64,000 nucleotides of DNA from assembly GCF_963921235.1 (NCBI RefSeq), contig NC_086122.1, positions 32,860,001-32,924,000 on the forward strand, given 5' to 3'. How positions within the stretch are numbered: position 1 is the first letter of the stretch; each line of letters starts with the position of its first letter. The translations under genes and the position numbers were made by a program. This DNA comes from Mobula hypostoma (Eukaryota). The notes below the pieces were generated by a model that saw only the letters and a list, made by a program, of their open reading frames with translations, was not told the origin of the DNA and searched no databases. This document shows, piece by piece, positions 23,550-35,342 of this stretch.

Positions 23550-23588
23550 CACACACATCTCTGTCCCTAAGGCTTTTGCACAGGACTG
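23393..23588. mobile_element. Tc1-type MITE filled with TG/TA/TC microsatellites
   Basis: Inverted termini TAGTACTGTGCAAAAGTCTTGGG / CCCTAAGGCTTTTGCACAGGACTG followed by TA. Confidence 0.75.
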
Positions 23589-24212
23589 TATTTGTCAACG
23601 TGGAGCAGAGAGCGAGTTTGTAAATCCGGCGGGAGCAAAGGATGCTGGGAGTGGTGAGGGTGGAATGCCACGGGAGGGGTATGGGACAGGTGGCAGAGGA
23701 GGAGTGCCAGGGGCGGGTGCAGACACACGCAGCCCTGAGACACCAGGCAAGGTCATTTGATTCCAAACAATTGGTTTATTGGTCATCACAGACTGTCTCT
23801 CTGGTACTGGGACAATTAGTGACCAGTCGCTGACTGATTTATAGTGAATGAAATTGTAAAAGGATCCAGCAACAGGAGAAAATCATCCACCCACCCTGCC
23901 CCATCTGTGGACTATAGTAGCCCAGAACCATATTTTCACATCTGAAAGTTACAAAACATTGCCAGCTACAACTGCCTGGAAGATAAGAATTGATGAACGC
24001 AAATCAACAATTAAGAGCAAAAAAAAACATTGTGCTGGTTTAACTGTTATAATCTTCTATCTTAAAAATGTAGAGAAGAGGACATATCTTGTTCAGATTT
24101 TTACACCCTGATACTGGGTAATCCTGAATTCCTACTCTAAGAGGCTAAGACTCCTTAAGGAAGCAACAAAAGCCTCTACACTTGAGAAGTTAGCTAGAAA
24201 CTGAGCACTTCA

Positions 24213-24508
24213 ACCTCCAAGAGGACCACAGCCTTGTAGGGTTTGGAGGCTTGTGTGCCTCAATGATCCAGAGAGCTACATTGGCTGTAGTCAGGGCCTT
24301 GTGCTTTGTCTCTTGGTAAGGTCACCATGCCAAACAGGTCAAAGGGTAGAGGCCAGACTAAGAATGAGCCACCGGTCCTCCAGGTTCAGGGGCTCAGCTC
24401 GGGGCTAACAAAAAAAAGTTATGACAGAAACAGCAGTGAAGAATTCTTCTATATCTGCGTGCGATGGTATGGACAGAGATGGGGGCCAGCAGCGTGATGG
24501 GCAGTAAG
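24213..24508 (+). mobile_element. Non-autonomous RTE-type element with 11-bp TSD
   Basis: TGAGCACTTCA at 24202-24212 and 24509-24519; RTE-5'-UTR-like body. Confidence 0.65.
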
Positions 24509-24551
24509 TGAGCACTTCAGACTGAGTAATTGATTGTCATTTTTATTACAG

Positions 24552-24987
24552 GGAGTACAATAATCTGGAAGTTCAGGTTGACATTGAAAGCAAACCCAGT
24601 CCCCTGTGTCTCACCAGTGATGGCAGCATCGATGAGTTGCTTCACGTCCACTCTCAGTCAGTGGAGGGACTCTGCCACGAGGAGAAGGACAGTTCTTTCA
24701 TGAGTGACAACAGGGACTGTATCGCGAGCAGCACCTGTGATGTCACACTTGCTCAACCCGAGAGCATCAGAAGCGATGGAAACAGCACAGATACTCAGTC
24801 GGATGACGTGCCTGACATAAGCTCTGATGAATGCGATTCACCCAGTCCAATTAATGGCAGACATTTGGAAATCACAGATATCAAGCTCTTAGACATTGAG
24901 AGTTTGGAATGTGATGATTTTGAGCAAAGGGAATGCACTCTTGAACAAGATGGGCAGCAAATAGAGACTGTTGTACATTACTTTTAA
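24552..24987 (+). CDS. RNF19B: RNF19B terminal coding exon
   Basis: tttattacag|G. Encodes EYNNLEVQVDIESKPS...LAQPESIRSD...QSDDVPDISSDEC...VHYF then TAA. The nine exons total 1851 nt, which is in frame. Confidence 0.93.
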
Positions 24988-25113
24988 GCCATCCAATCAT
25001 CACTAATTAACCAACTCACAACACGCACCTTATTCAGAATATTGAAATTTTATGTGTCTATGTTGTTTTAAATATACAAAGTGTACCCTGAGTATCACAT
25101 TCTTGATGCAGTA

Positions 25114-25119
25114 AATAAA
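25114..25119 (+). terminator. Candidate RNF19B polyadenylation signal (second candidate 25536-25541)
   Basis: AATAAA hexamers in AT-rich unique sequence downstream of the stop codon. Confidence 0.35.
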
Positions 25120-26051
25120 AATGTTAATCACTTACTTTCTTGATGAAATTAATTCAGAAGCCTTTTGCATGAATTTGCTCTGGACTGTTTCTCTGCCCAA
25201 AAATAGATAGTCTCATATGGAGAAAAAGTATTCAGAATTGATCAATTCAGCAAAAAATGAGCTTTTCTGGGCAGCTGGGCGTCTTGCTATAGTTTCAACA
25301 ATCATTCTTTATAAAGAGGGTGCAGTAAATAGATACTTAGTGATTGGTAAAGTAGGCACCAATCAACAGGCCTACATTAGAGGACAAAGTAGTTAATTTT
25401 TTAATTACTTTAAATTTGATCATAGATCTAAACAGTAGACATAAGTGCCACAAAATCAATTGACTAGTGTTAACTCTATTGAATGTTATAATTTCTTAAT
25501 AACCTACATCTATCTCTCGATGGCAAACTGGAATTAATAAAAGACAGCTATATTAGGGTTTGATTTGATTATGTAGTTCATTAATGCTCACTAGCAGAGA
25601 TTATAATAGTATCTGGGAATTCTTGTACTTTGTCTTTTACATTGTAGCATTTGAATGAACATTGTTTCCCTTTTTTTTTTGATGATCCCAACATTACTTG
25701 ATAGTCTGAAATGTCTTTCCAGGGAAGTGTAGTGTGCACTACCAGTTCTTTGTAACTTCGTTAGCAGTAAGATGGTTGTTAGGATACTGCAAAGGTGTAT
25801 TTTAATTGACATAATTCAAATTCTCTAATGAGTTATTTTAGCCAGGTCTGTTAATACTGGAATCAATTTGCTAAATCTCAAATCAGCCAGTTTTTATTTA
25901 AAATGCCTTATGGTTTCAGTTTTGTGTTGATCTCTTATGATGGATATTGTAATGATAGAAACTGGAAGAGATAAAGCTATCAGACCTCTAATTTATGCCT
26001 TAAACCAAACTACATAATTGTAAACGTGTTTACTGATTCAAAAATTCCTTC

Positions 26052-28525
26052 TAGAACATGGAATAGTACAGGCCCTTTGGCCCACAATGTTGTGCCGACC
26101 CTCAAACCCTGCCTCCCATATAACCCCCCACCTTAAAATTCCTCCATATACCTGTCTAGCAGTCTCTTAAACTTCACTAGTGTATCTGCCTCCACCACTG
26201 ACTCAGGCAGTGCATTCCACGCACCAACCACTCTCTGAGTAAAAAAACCTTCCTCTAATATCCCCCTTGAACTTCCCACCCCTTACCTTAAAGCCATGTC
26301 CTCTTATATTGAGCAGTGGTACCCTGGGGAAGAGGTGCTGGCTATCCACTCTATCTATTCCTTTTATTATCTTGTACACCTCTATCATGTCTCCTCTCAT
26401 CCTCCTCCTCTCCAAAGAGTAAAGCCCTAGCTCCCTTGATCTCTGATCATAATTCATATTCTCTAAACCAGGCAGCATTCTGGTAAATCTCCTCTGTACC
26501 CTTTCCAATGCTTCCACATCCTTCCTATAGTGAGGTGACCAGAACTGGACACAGTACTCCAAGTGTGGCCTAACCAGAATTTTATAGAGCTGCATCATTA
26601 CATCGTGATTCTTAAACTCTATCCCTCGACTTATGAAAGCTAACACCCCATAAGCTTTCTTAACTACCCTATCCACCTGTGAGGCAACTTTCAGGGATCT
26701 GTGGACATGTACCCCCAGATCCCTCTGCTCCTCCACACTACCAAGTATCCTGCCATTTACTTTGTACTCTGCCTTGGAGTTTGTCCTTCCAAAGTGTACC
26801 ACCTCACACTTCTCTGGGTTGAACTCCATCTGCCACTTCTCAGACCACTTCAGCATCCTATCAATGTCTCTCTGCAATCTTTGACAATCCTCTACACTAC
26901 CTACAACATCACCAACCTTAGTGTCGTCTGCAAACTTGCCAACCCACCCTTCTACCAGGTCGTTAATAAAAATCACGAAAACGTAGAGGTCCCAGAACAG
27001 ATCCTTGTGGGACACCACTAGTCACAATCCTCCAATCTGAATGTACTCCCTCCACCATGACCCTTTGCCTTCTGCAGGCAAGCCAATTCTGAATCCACCT
27101 GGCCAAACTTCCCTGGATCCCATGCCTTCTGACTTTCTGAATAAGCCTACCGTGTGGAACCTTGTCAAATGCCTTACTAAAATCCATATAGATCACATCC
27201 ACTGCACTACCCTCATCTATATGCCTGGTCACCTCCTCAAAGAACTCTATCAGGCTTGTTAGACACGATCTGCCCTTCACAAAGCCATGCTGACTGTCCC
27301 TGATCGGACCATGATTCTCTAAATGCCCAGCGATCCTATCTCTGAATCTTTTCCAACAGCTTTCCCACCACATACATAAGGCTCACTGGTCTATAATTAC
27401 CCAGACTATCCCTACTACCTTTTTTGAACAAGGGAACAACATTTGCCTCCCTTCAATCCTCCGGTACCATTCCCGTGGACAACGAGGACATAAAGATCCT
27501 AGCCAGAGGCTCAGCAATCTCTTCCCTCGCCTTGTGGAGCAGCCTGGGGACTATTCCATTAGGCCCCGGGGACTTATCCATCCTAATGTATTTTAACATC
27601 TCCAACACCTCCTCTCCCTTAATATTAACATGCTCCAGAACATCAACCTCACCATCATCAAGTTCCCTCTCATTGGTGAATACCGAAGAGAAGTATTCAC
27701 TGAGGACCTCACTCACTTCCACAGCCTCCAGGCACATCTTCCCACCTTTATCTCTAATCGGTCCTACCTTCACTCCTGTCATCCTTTTTTCTTCACATAA
27801 CTGAAGAATGCCTTGGGGTTTTCCTTTACCCTACTCGCCAAGGCCTTCTCATGCCCCCTTCTTGCTCTTCTCAGCCCCTTCTTAAGCTCCTTTCTTGCTT
27901 CTCTATATTCCTCAACAGACCCATCTGATCCTTGCTTCCTAAACCTCATGTATGCTGCCTTCTTCCACCTGACTAGATTTTCCACCTCACTTGTCACCCA
28001 TGGTTCCTTCACCCTACCATTCTTTATCTTCCTAACCAGGACAAATGTATCCCTAACATCCTGAAAGAGATCTCTAAACATCGACCACATGTCCATAGTA
28101 AATTTCCCTGCAAAAACATCATCCCAATGCACACCCACAATTTCTAGACTTATAGCCCCATAATTTGCCCTTCCCCAATTAAAAATTTTCCTGTCCTCTC
28201 TGATTCTATCCTTTTCCATGATAATGCTAAAGGCCAGGGAGCAGTGGTCACTGTCCCCCAGATGCTCACCCACTGAGAGATCTGTGACCTGACCCGGTTC
28301 ATTACCTAGTACTAGATCTAGTATGGCATTCCCCCTGGTCGGCCTGTCCACATACTGTGACAGGAATCCGTCCTGGACACACTTAACAAACTCTGCCCCA
28401 TCTAAACCCTTGGAACTAATCAGGTGCCAATCAATATTAGGGAAGTTAAAGTCACCCATGATAACAACCCTGTTATTTTTGCATCTTTCCAAAATCTGCC
28501 TCCCAATCTGCTCCTCTGTATCTCT
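26052..28525 (-). mobile_element. 5'-truncated CR1 LINE, ORF2 (EN-RT) frameshifted
   Basis: ORFs 27779-28804 (MGDFNFPNIDW, LGDSDH), 27453-27782, 26963-27373 (SQHGFVKGRSCLT, DFSKAFDKVPH) and 26203-27018 (KFADDTK). Confidence 0.93.
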
Positions 28526-30129
28526 TTTGGCTTTAAGAAGAAACTTAAAACTAAAGGTAGGAAGCTGCATAACCCTTTTGTTATTGGTAAAGATACAACC
28601 AGATGTAACCAGGTATTCCAGCCCATATTTCAGTTTCCCAAAGTCCGAGCCCAGGACTTCTATACCCCTCAAAGTGAAATCATGAATTCCTCCAGTTGAA
28701 ATTGAATCTGCCCTGATCCATACTGAATGTATGTGACCATCAAATGAGAATGTATTTATTTGGGCTTGGCTGTGAAGTGTCTTCATTAATGGAGGCCTGC
28801 TCATTGTGGAGACTTTATAATGAGTAATTGAGTGACCCTTAAGGCTGCTAGTGCTTGTGGAGTTGCTAGCAAGTTGGTGCCTTTAGAATAGGAGGGGAGA
28901 AAATCTCAAACTATATGTGTATACATATATAAAAAAAATACAATCCTCAGTAATGGAATCATCCATGGGTAGTCATTCCCAGAATAAGTTTAGCCCCTTG
29001 ATTCCTCCTGGTGCTGGAAACATGAATGAGAGCTCATCTCATTTTAGTTTTAAAAGTAGGTTTGTAATTGTTTCATACAAATAAAGTGAATTCTACTTGA
29101 ATATGACTCATTAACTAGCAACTGACTAATATAGTCATGTTAAGCACACCAGCATGATTATGCACATCAGTCTTAGCTTTTGTGGGCAGAATCAGGTGTT
29201 CTGAATTGAGGCAGGGCAGAATATTCCCTGTTCAGGAATACCCATGAGCAATTAACTTGATTCCAGCATAAAAAAAAGGTGTTTTCATTAAATAAGCACA
29301 GAAGGAGACCTACTAATTTTTGAAATCCTGTTTCACTCACTCTTTCAATTGGTTAATTACCTTAACTATATCTAAAAGAAAATACTGAGCAGGTCAGCCT
29401 ACATCTATGGGAAGAGAACTAACATTTCCTTTCAAAGATCCTTCATCGAATTAGGGGAGTTAAGGGGAATTTGGATCAAAATCAGGTCCTGCATTTGTCG
29501 TGAAATTTGTTACGTGGCAGCAAAGTAAAAAAAAAATCAAATGACAGTAAACAACTTTAAATTACAGTATATATCCAAACTTTAACATCGTAAGTGTCTT
29601 TGACATACCAAATCTTCTCAAACTCCTCATGAAATATAGCCCCTGTCATGCCTTCTTTGTAACTGCATCTATATACTAGGCTCAGGACAGATCCTCAGAT
29701 GTTGACACTCAAACTTAAAATTGCTCATATTGAAATCCTTGAAGGGGATTAACAGAGTTAAAGTAAATTGGAGTTTAATGATTATTGTGGATTTCATGGG
29801 CCAAAGGGTCTATCTGCATACAGTCTGACTCTAGGAACCCTATTAAATGTACAATTACTCTACTTGGAGAACCAAACCAAGGTTATGCTAAAATCTGTTC
29901 AGTGGTAATGGATTAATGTAGAATCAACACTCCTGCTCTCACCTTCCTTAGTTATTGGCAGATGCTCTCCACAACTAATTGGTATCCTGAGACCATTGAA
30001 CAGTTCAGGGGGAGACACAAGTGGCAAAATGGGAAAAACTGGACTAAGAGTAGCAGTGGAGAGCTAGCAGTTGGTGGGAGGATGGGATATTGTAGCAGTA
30101 GAGAAAGGGGGTTGAATATAGTGCAGAAA

Positions 30130-31260
30130 TAAGTACACTGTGCCAACCATGATGCCAATTTAAACATATCCCATCTGCCTGAATTTGGGCCTATAGCCTT
30201 ACATCCCCTGACCACGTGCCTATCTAGATTCCTCTTAGTTTTGCTATCTGCTTCCGTCACCACCACCCTGGCAATATGTAGGCATTTACCACGCTGTAAA
30301 CAAAAAAAACTTGCCATGCAAACCTTTGCTAAACATTTGCCCTCTTGCTTTACATCCAACCCCTCTAATATTTGACATTTCTGCATGGAGTTGGGGTGGT
30401 TAAGGATTCTAACTTGTCTACCCTATCCCCTATTTTGTAAGTTTTTAATCAGGGTTCCCCTTCAACTCAGAGAAAACAAGGTTGTCCACCTTTGTAGCTG
30501 ATAGCCTCTAAACCAGGTAGCATTTTGCTGAATCTCTTCTGCATTTCTCAAAAACCTCCATACTCTCTATAATATGGCAGCCAGAAATGCACATACTTCA
30601 AATGTGATCCAGCCAAAGTTTTAAACAGCTGCAATGTAACTTGTCAACTTTTATACTGAGTGCTCTGTGTGATAAAGGCAAGTATGCGATATGCTAGCTT
30701 TACTACCCTATGAGTGTTGCCACTTTCAGACAGCCATAGAATTGTACCCAAGACCCCATTGTACATAAACACTTCTAAGAGGCCTGACATCTACTGTACA
30801 ATTTCCTCTTACATTTGATCTCCTGAAGTGCAGCACCTCATACTGGTCCAGTTCAAACTCCATCTGCCACTTCTGTGCCCACATTTCCAACTGACATCTT
30901 GCTGTACCTATTGATAACCTTACAGACTAACTACAAATTCTATCAACTTTTCTGCCAGCAAACTTAATAAGCGGCCCATCTATATTTTTCTCCAAATCAT
31001 TTATAATCAGAAACAACAGACTTCCAAGCACCGATCCTTATCGAATACCACTGGTCAAGGTGTACAGTCAGAATAACACACCTCTAAATTCTATGGCCGT
31101 GCCAATTTAAAATCTAATCTTCCAAGTCTCTGTGGAACCCATGTGCCTCATAAGAGGGGGTTTGGTTAAAAGCGTGTGTGCAGGTGGGAGGACTCTCAAC
31201 CTCACTGCCTCTGGACCAAGTCATCTGTCAAGATCATGTATCATGCACTCTCTCTTCTCT
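30130..31260 (-). mobile_element. Old degraded CR1 fragment
   Basis: Diverged CR1 RT/3' sequence (aactccatctgccacttc, ataccactggtca). Confidence 0.65.
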
Positions 31261-31291
31261 CCCCCTCCCCCCTCCATTCTTTGCTATAGTC

Positions 31292-34043
31292 TCTGGGAGC
31301 TGAATGTCCAAGGATACGCGGTGTATCGGAAGGATAGGAAGGTAGGCAGAGGGGGAGGCGTGGCTTTATTGGTAAGAAATGATATTAAATCATTAGAAAG
31401 AGGTGACATAGGATTGGAAGGTGCAGAATCTTTATGGGTTGAGCTAAGGAATAGCAGGGGTAAAAGGACCCTGATGGCAGTTATTTATAGGCCTCCAAAC
31501 AGCTGCAGGGATGTGGACTACAAATTACAACTGGAAATAGAAAAGGCTTGTCAGAAGGGCAGTGTTATGAGAATTGTGGGGGATTTTAACATGCGAGTAG
31601 ATTGGAAAAATCAGGTCGGCACTGGATCTCAAGAGAGAGAATTTGTAGAATGTCTGCGAGATGGCTTTTTAGAACAGTTTGTTGTTGAGCCCACTAGGGG
31701 ATCGGCTGTACTGGATTGGGTATTGTATAATGAACCGGAGGTGATTGGAGAGATTGAGGTGAAAGAACCCTTAGGAGGCAGTGATCATAACATGATTGAG
31801 TTCACTGTGAAATTAGAAAAAGAGAAGCCGAAATTTGATGTGTCAGTGTTTCAGTGGAGTAAAGGAAACTACAGTGGCATGAGAGAGGAACTGGCCAAAG
31901 TTGACTGGAAAGAGACCCTGGCGGGAAAGACGGCAGAGCAGCAGTGGCTGGAGTTTATGCGAGAAATGAGGAATGTGCAAGACAGGTATATTCCAAAAAA
32001 GAAGAAATTTTCGAGTGGAAAAAGGATGCAACCGTGGTTGACAAGAGAAGTCAAAGCCAAAGTTAAAGCTAAGGAGAGGGAATACAAGGAAGCAAAAATT
32101 ATTGGGAAGAGAGAGGATTGGGAAGTTTTTAAAACCTTACAAAAGGAAACCAAGAAGGTCATTAAGAGAGAAAAGATTAACTATGAAAGGAAACTTGCAA
32201 ATAATATCAAAGAGGATACTAAAAGCTTTTTCAAGTATATAAAGAGTAAAAGACAGGTGAGAGTAGATATAGGACCGATAGAAAATGATACTGGAGAAAT
32301 TGTAATGGGAGATGAGGAGATGGCAGAGGAACTGAACAAGTATTTTGCATCAGTCTTCACTGAGGAAGACAGCAGGATACTGGACACTCAAGGGTGGCAG
32401 GGAAGAGAAGTGTGCACAGCCACAATTACGACAGAGAAAGTACTCAGGAAGCTGAATAGGCTAAAGGTCGATAAATCTCCTGGACCAGATGGAATGCACC
32501 CTCGTGTTCTGAAGGAAGTAGCTGTGGAGATTGCGAAGGCATTAGTGATGATCTTTCAAAAGTCGATAAATTCTGGCATGGTTCTGGAAGACTGGAAGAT
32601 TGCAAATGTCACTCCGCTATTTAAGAAGGGGGCAAGGAAGCAAAAAGGAAATTATAGACCTGTTAGCTTGACGTCGGTGGTTGGGAAGTTGTTGGAGTCG
32701 ATTGTCAAGGATGAGGTTACAGAGTACCTGGAGGCATATGACAAGATAAACAGAACTCAGCATGGATTCCTTAAAGGAAAATCCTGCCTGACAAACCTAT
32801 TACAATTTTTTGAGGAAATTACCAGTAGGCTAGACAAGGGAGATGCAGTGGATGTTGTATATTTGGATTTTCAGAAGGCCTTTGACAAGGTGCCACACAT
32901 GAGGCTGCTTAACAAGATAAGAGCCCATGGAATTACAGGAAAGTTACATACGTGGATAGAGCGTTGGCTGATTGGCAGGAAACAGAGAGTGGGAATGAAG
33001 GGATCCTATTCTGGTTGGCTGCCGGTTACCAGTGGTGTTCCACAGGGATCAGTGTTGGGGCCGCTTCTTTTTACATTGTACATCAACGATTTGGATTTTG
33101 GAATAGATGGCTTTGTGGCTAAGTTTGCTGACGATACGAAAATAGGTGGAGGGGCTGGTAGTGCTGAGGAAATGGAGAGTCTGCAGAGAGACTTGGATAG
33201 ATTGGAAGAATGGGCAGAAAAGTGGCAAAAGAAGTACAATGTTGGAAAGTGTATGGTTATGCACTTTGGCAGAAAAAATAAACAGGCAGACTATTATTTA
33301 AATGGGGAAAGAATTCAAAGTTCTGAGATGCAACGGGACTTGGGAGTCCTCGTACAGGATTCTCTTAAAGTTAACCTCCAGGTTGAGTCGGTAGTGAAGA
33401 AGGCGAATGCAATGTTGGCATTCATTTCTAGAGGAATAGAGTATAGGAGCAGGATGTGATGTTGAGGCTCTATAAGGCGCTGGTGAGACCTCACTTGGAG
33501 TACTGTGGGCAGTTTTGGTCTCCTTATTTAAGAAAGGATGTGCTGACGTTGGAGAGGGTACAGAGAAGATTCACTAGAATGATTCCGGGAATGAGAGGGT
33601 TAACATATGAGGAACGTTTGTCCGCTCTTGGACTGTATTCCTTGGAGTTTAGAAGAATGAGGGGAGACCTCATAGAAACATTTCGAATGTTAAAAGGCAT
33701 GGACAGAGTGGATGTGGCAAAGTTATTTCCCATGATGGGGGAGTCTAGTACGAGAGGGCATGACTTAAGGATTGAAGGGCACCCTTTCAGAACAGAAATG
33801 CGAAAAAATTTTTTTAGTCAGAGGGTGGTGAATCTATGGAATTTGTTGCCACGGGCAGCAGTGGAGGCCAAGTCATTGGGTATATTTAAGGCAGAGATTG
33901 ATAGGTATCTGAGTAGCCAGGGCATCAAAGGTAATGGTGAGAAGGCGGGGCAGTGGGACTAAATAGGATAAAATGGATCAGCTCATGATAAAATGGCGGA
34001 GCAGACTCGATGGGCCGAATAGCTTACTTCTGCTCCTTTGTCC
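31292..34043 (+). mobile_element. 5'-truncated CR1 LINE; ORF2 open except one frameshift
   Basis: ORFs 31132-33459 (EN: YRPP, GDFN, SDH; RT: QHGF, KAFDKV, PQGSVLGP, FADD) and 33456-33962. Confidence 0.95.
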
Positions 34044-34206
34044 ATAGCAGAAATAAGACCTAACCCTGCAGGTAAAACTAACTGTCCTTAAAGGGGCATT
34101 GAAAATGATAACTGGGTACTAACCACAGATTGGAAGATTACACCTTTTCTGTAGCAATCTACAAGAAATTAGAATTTAGCTCAAAAAATTGGCTAGGTAT
34201 TAAATC

Positions 34207-34349
34207 TCAAGCAACACACACAAAATGCTGGTGGAACAAATCTCTTCAGTTAGTTCTGATGAAGGGTTTCGGCCCGAAATGTCGACTGTACCTTTTCCTA
34301 TAGAGGCTGCCTGGCCTGCTGCATTCCACCAACATTTTGCGTGTGTGTT
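34207..34349 (+). mobile_element. Miniature Penelope-derived insertion with inverted ends, hammerhead motif and ~15-bp TSD
   Basis: GCTAGGTATTAAATC at 34192-34206 and 34350-34364; internal CTGATGA-AGGG-TTTCGG-CCC-GAAA-TGTC. Confidence 0.8.
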
Positions 34350-35296
34350 GCTAGGTATTAAATCACTGAGCAGAGCGACTGTATTAGCTGCCACCAACAT
34401 GACATTCAGTCTGAGATGCCAAGGTTGGCCACAAGGTGGTAGCAGAATAAAACCCATTCGGTTCCTTGCTGCGCAACAGGGAGCTTTGGGCACATTTTCA
34501 AAACACGATGCACACTTTGACCCAATGGAGAATATGCCACCCACCAAAATGCATACTGAAAATGCACAAAACTAGTTAATTAGATAAAAAGGGAGGAGAT
34601 CATAATGACTCAAATTACTGCATTTAAAATCTTGTACAAGTATTAAGGGATATTAAATATGCAATAGTGATTCATGTAGAGGAAAGGGTACAGGGAAGGA
34701 GATGGTGTGAAATAATTTCAGGAAAATGTTAGTTACCTGAGGAATGGCATTTACAAGTTGTGCATTTCAATATTTTCCGGCAAATGCGGTAGTTACTTTT
34801 AAGTGTTAATTGTCAGATTTAGACAAGTACCTTATACAGTTGAAACTTGAGAATTTCATTCCATTATTTGCTACAGGTAATTTAAATGTCATAGAAGATT
34901 AAACAGTGAAAAATTTTTTAGAAAAGCAGTTGTTTTGATTTGAACAGATGCAGATAAAGTAAAAAGACAAAAAATACAATGTGCTTGTAGTTTGACTTCA
35001 GAAAACATTTGATGTCTGTGGCAATATATCAATATTTAATTATAAAGGTTATTAGTTACAATATACCAAACTTATTACATATCTTGATCTTTCATAACTG
35101 GAAAAATTACATTATTTTTAGAGCACTAGAAAAAATTCACATCAGTTTTGCATCCTTTGCGAGCTTGCAGAGTGTTGATTAAAATTTTAACAGAAATTCA
35201 ATATTTAACAACACAAATCTACAAGTACACATTTGATCTAAAACAAAAAATACAAATACTCAAAAATTAAAATACTTTGCAACATAAAATGTCCTC

Positions 35297-35342
35297 TTTA
35301 TTCACCTCATTCCTAAGCACAGCAACATTTTTTCTATTTATT
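35297..35342 (-). terminator. Candidate distal polyadenylation signals of the mannosidase gene
   Basis: Two minus-strand AATAAA (35337-35342, 35297-35302) followed by a U/GU-rich stretch (ttttgagtatttgtattttttgttttag...tgtgttg). Confidence 0.4.

Noticed and set aside
2435-24987. RNF19A as the gene identity
   Set aside because: Tail motifs [30 protein letters not shown] and LAQPESIRSD match my recollection of RNF19B.
27779-28804. 341-aa ORF with a novel N-terminus
   Set aside because: CR1 homology stops near 28525; the upstream part is read-through into flanking DNA. The same applies to the first ~55 aa of ORF 31132 and the first ~40 aa of ORF 49635-50468.
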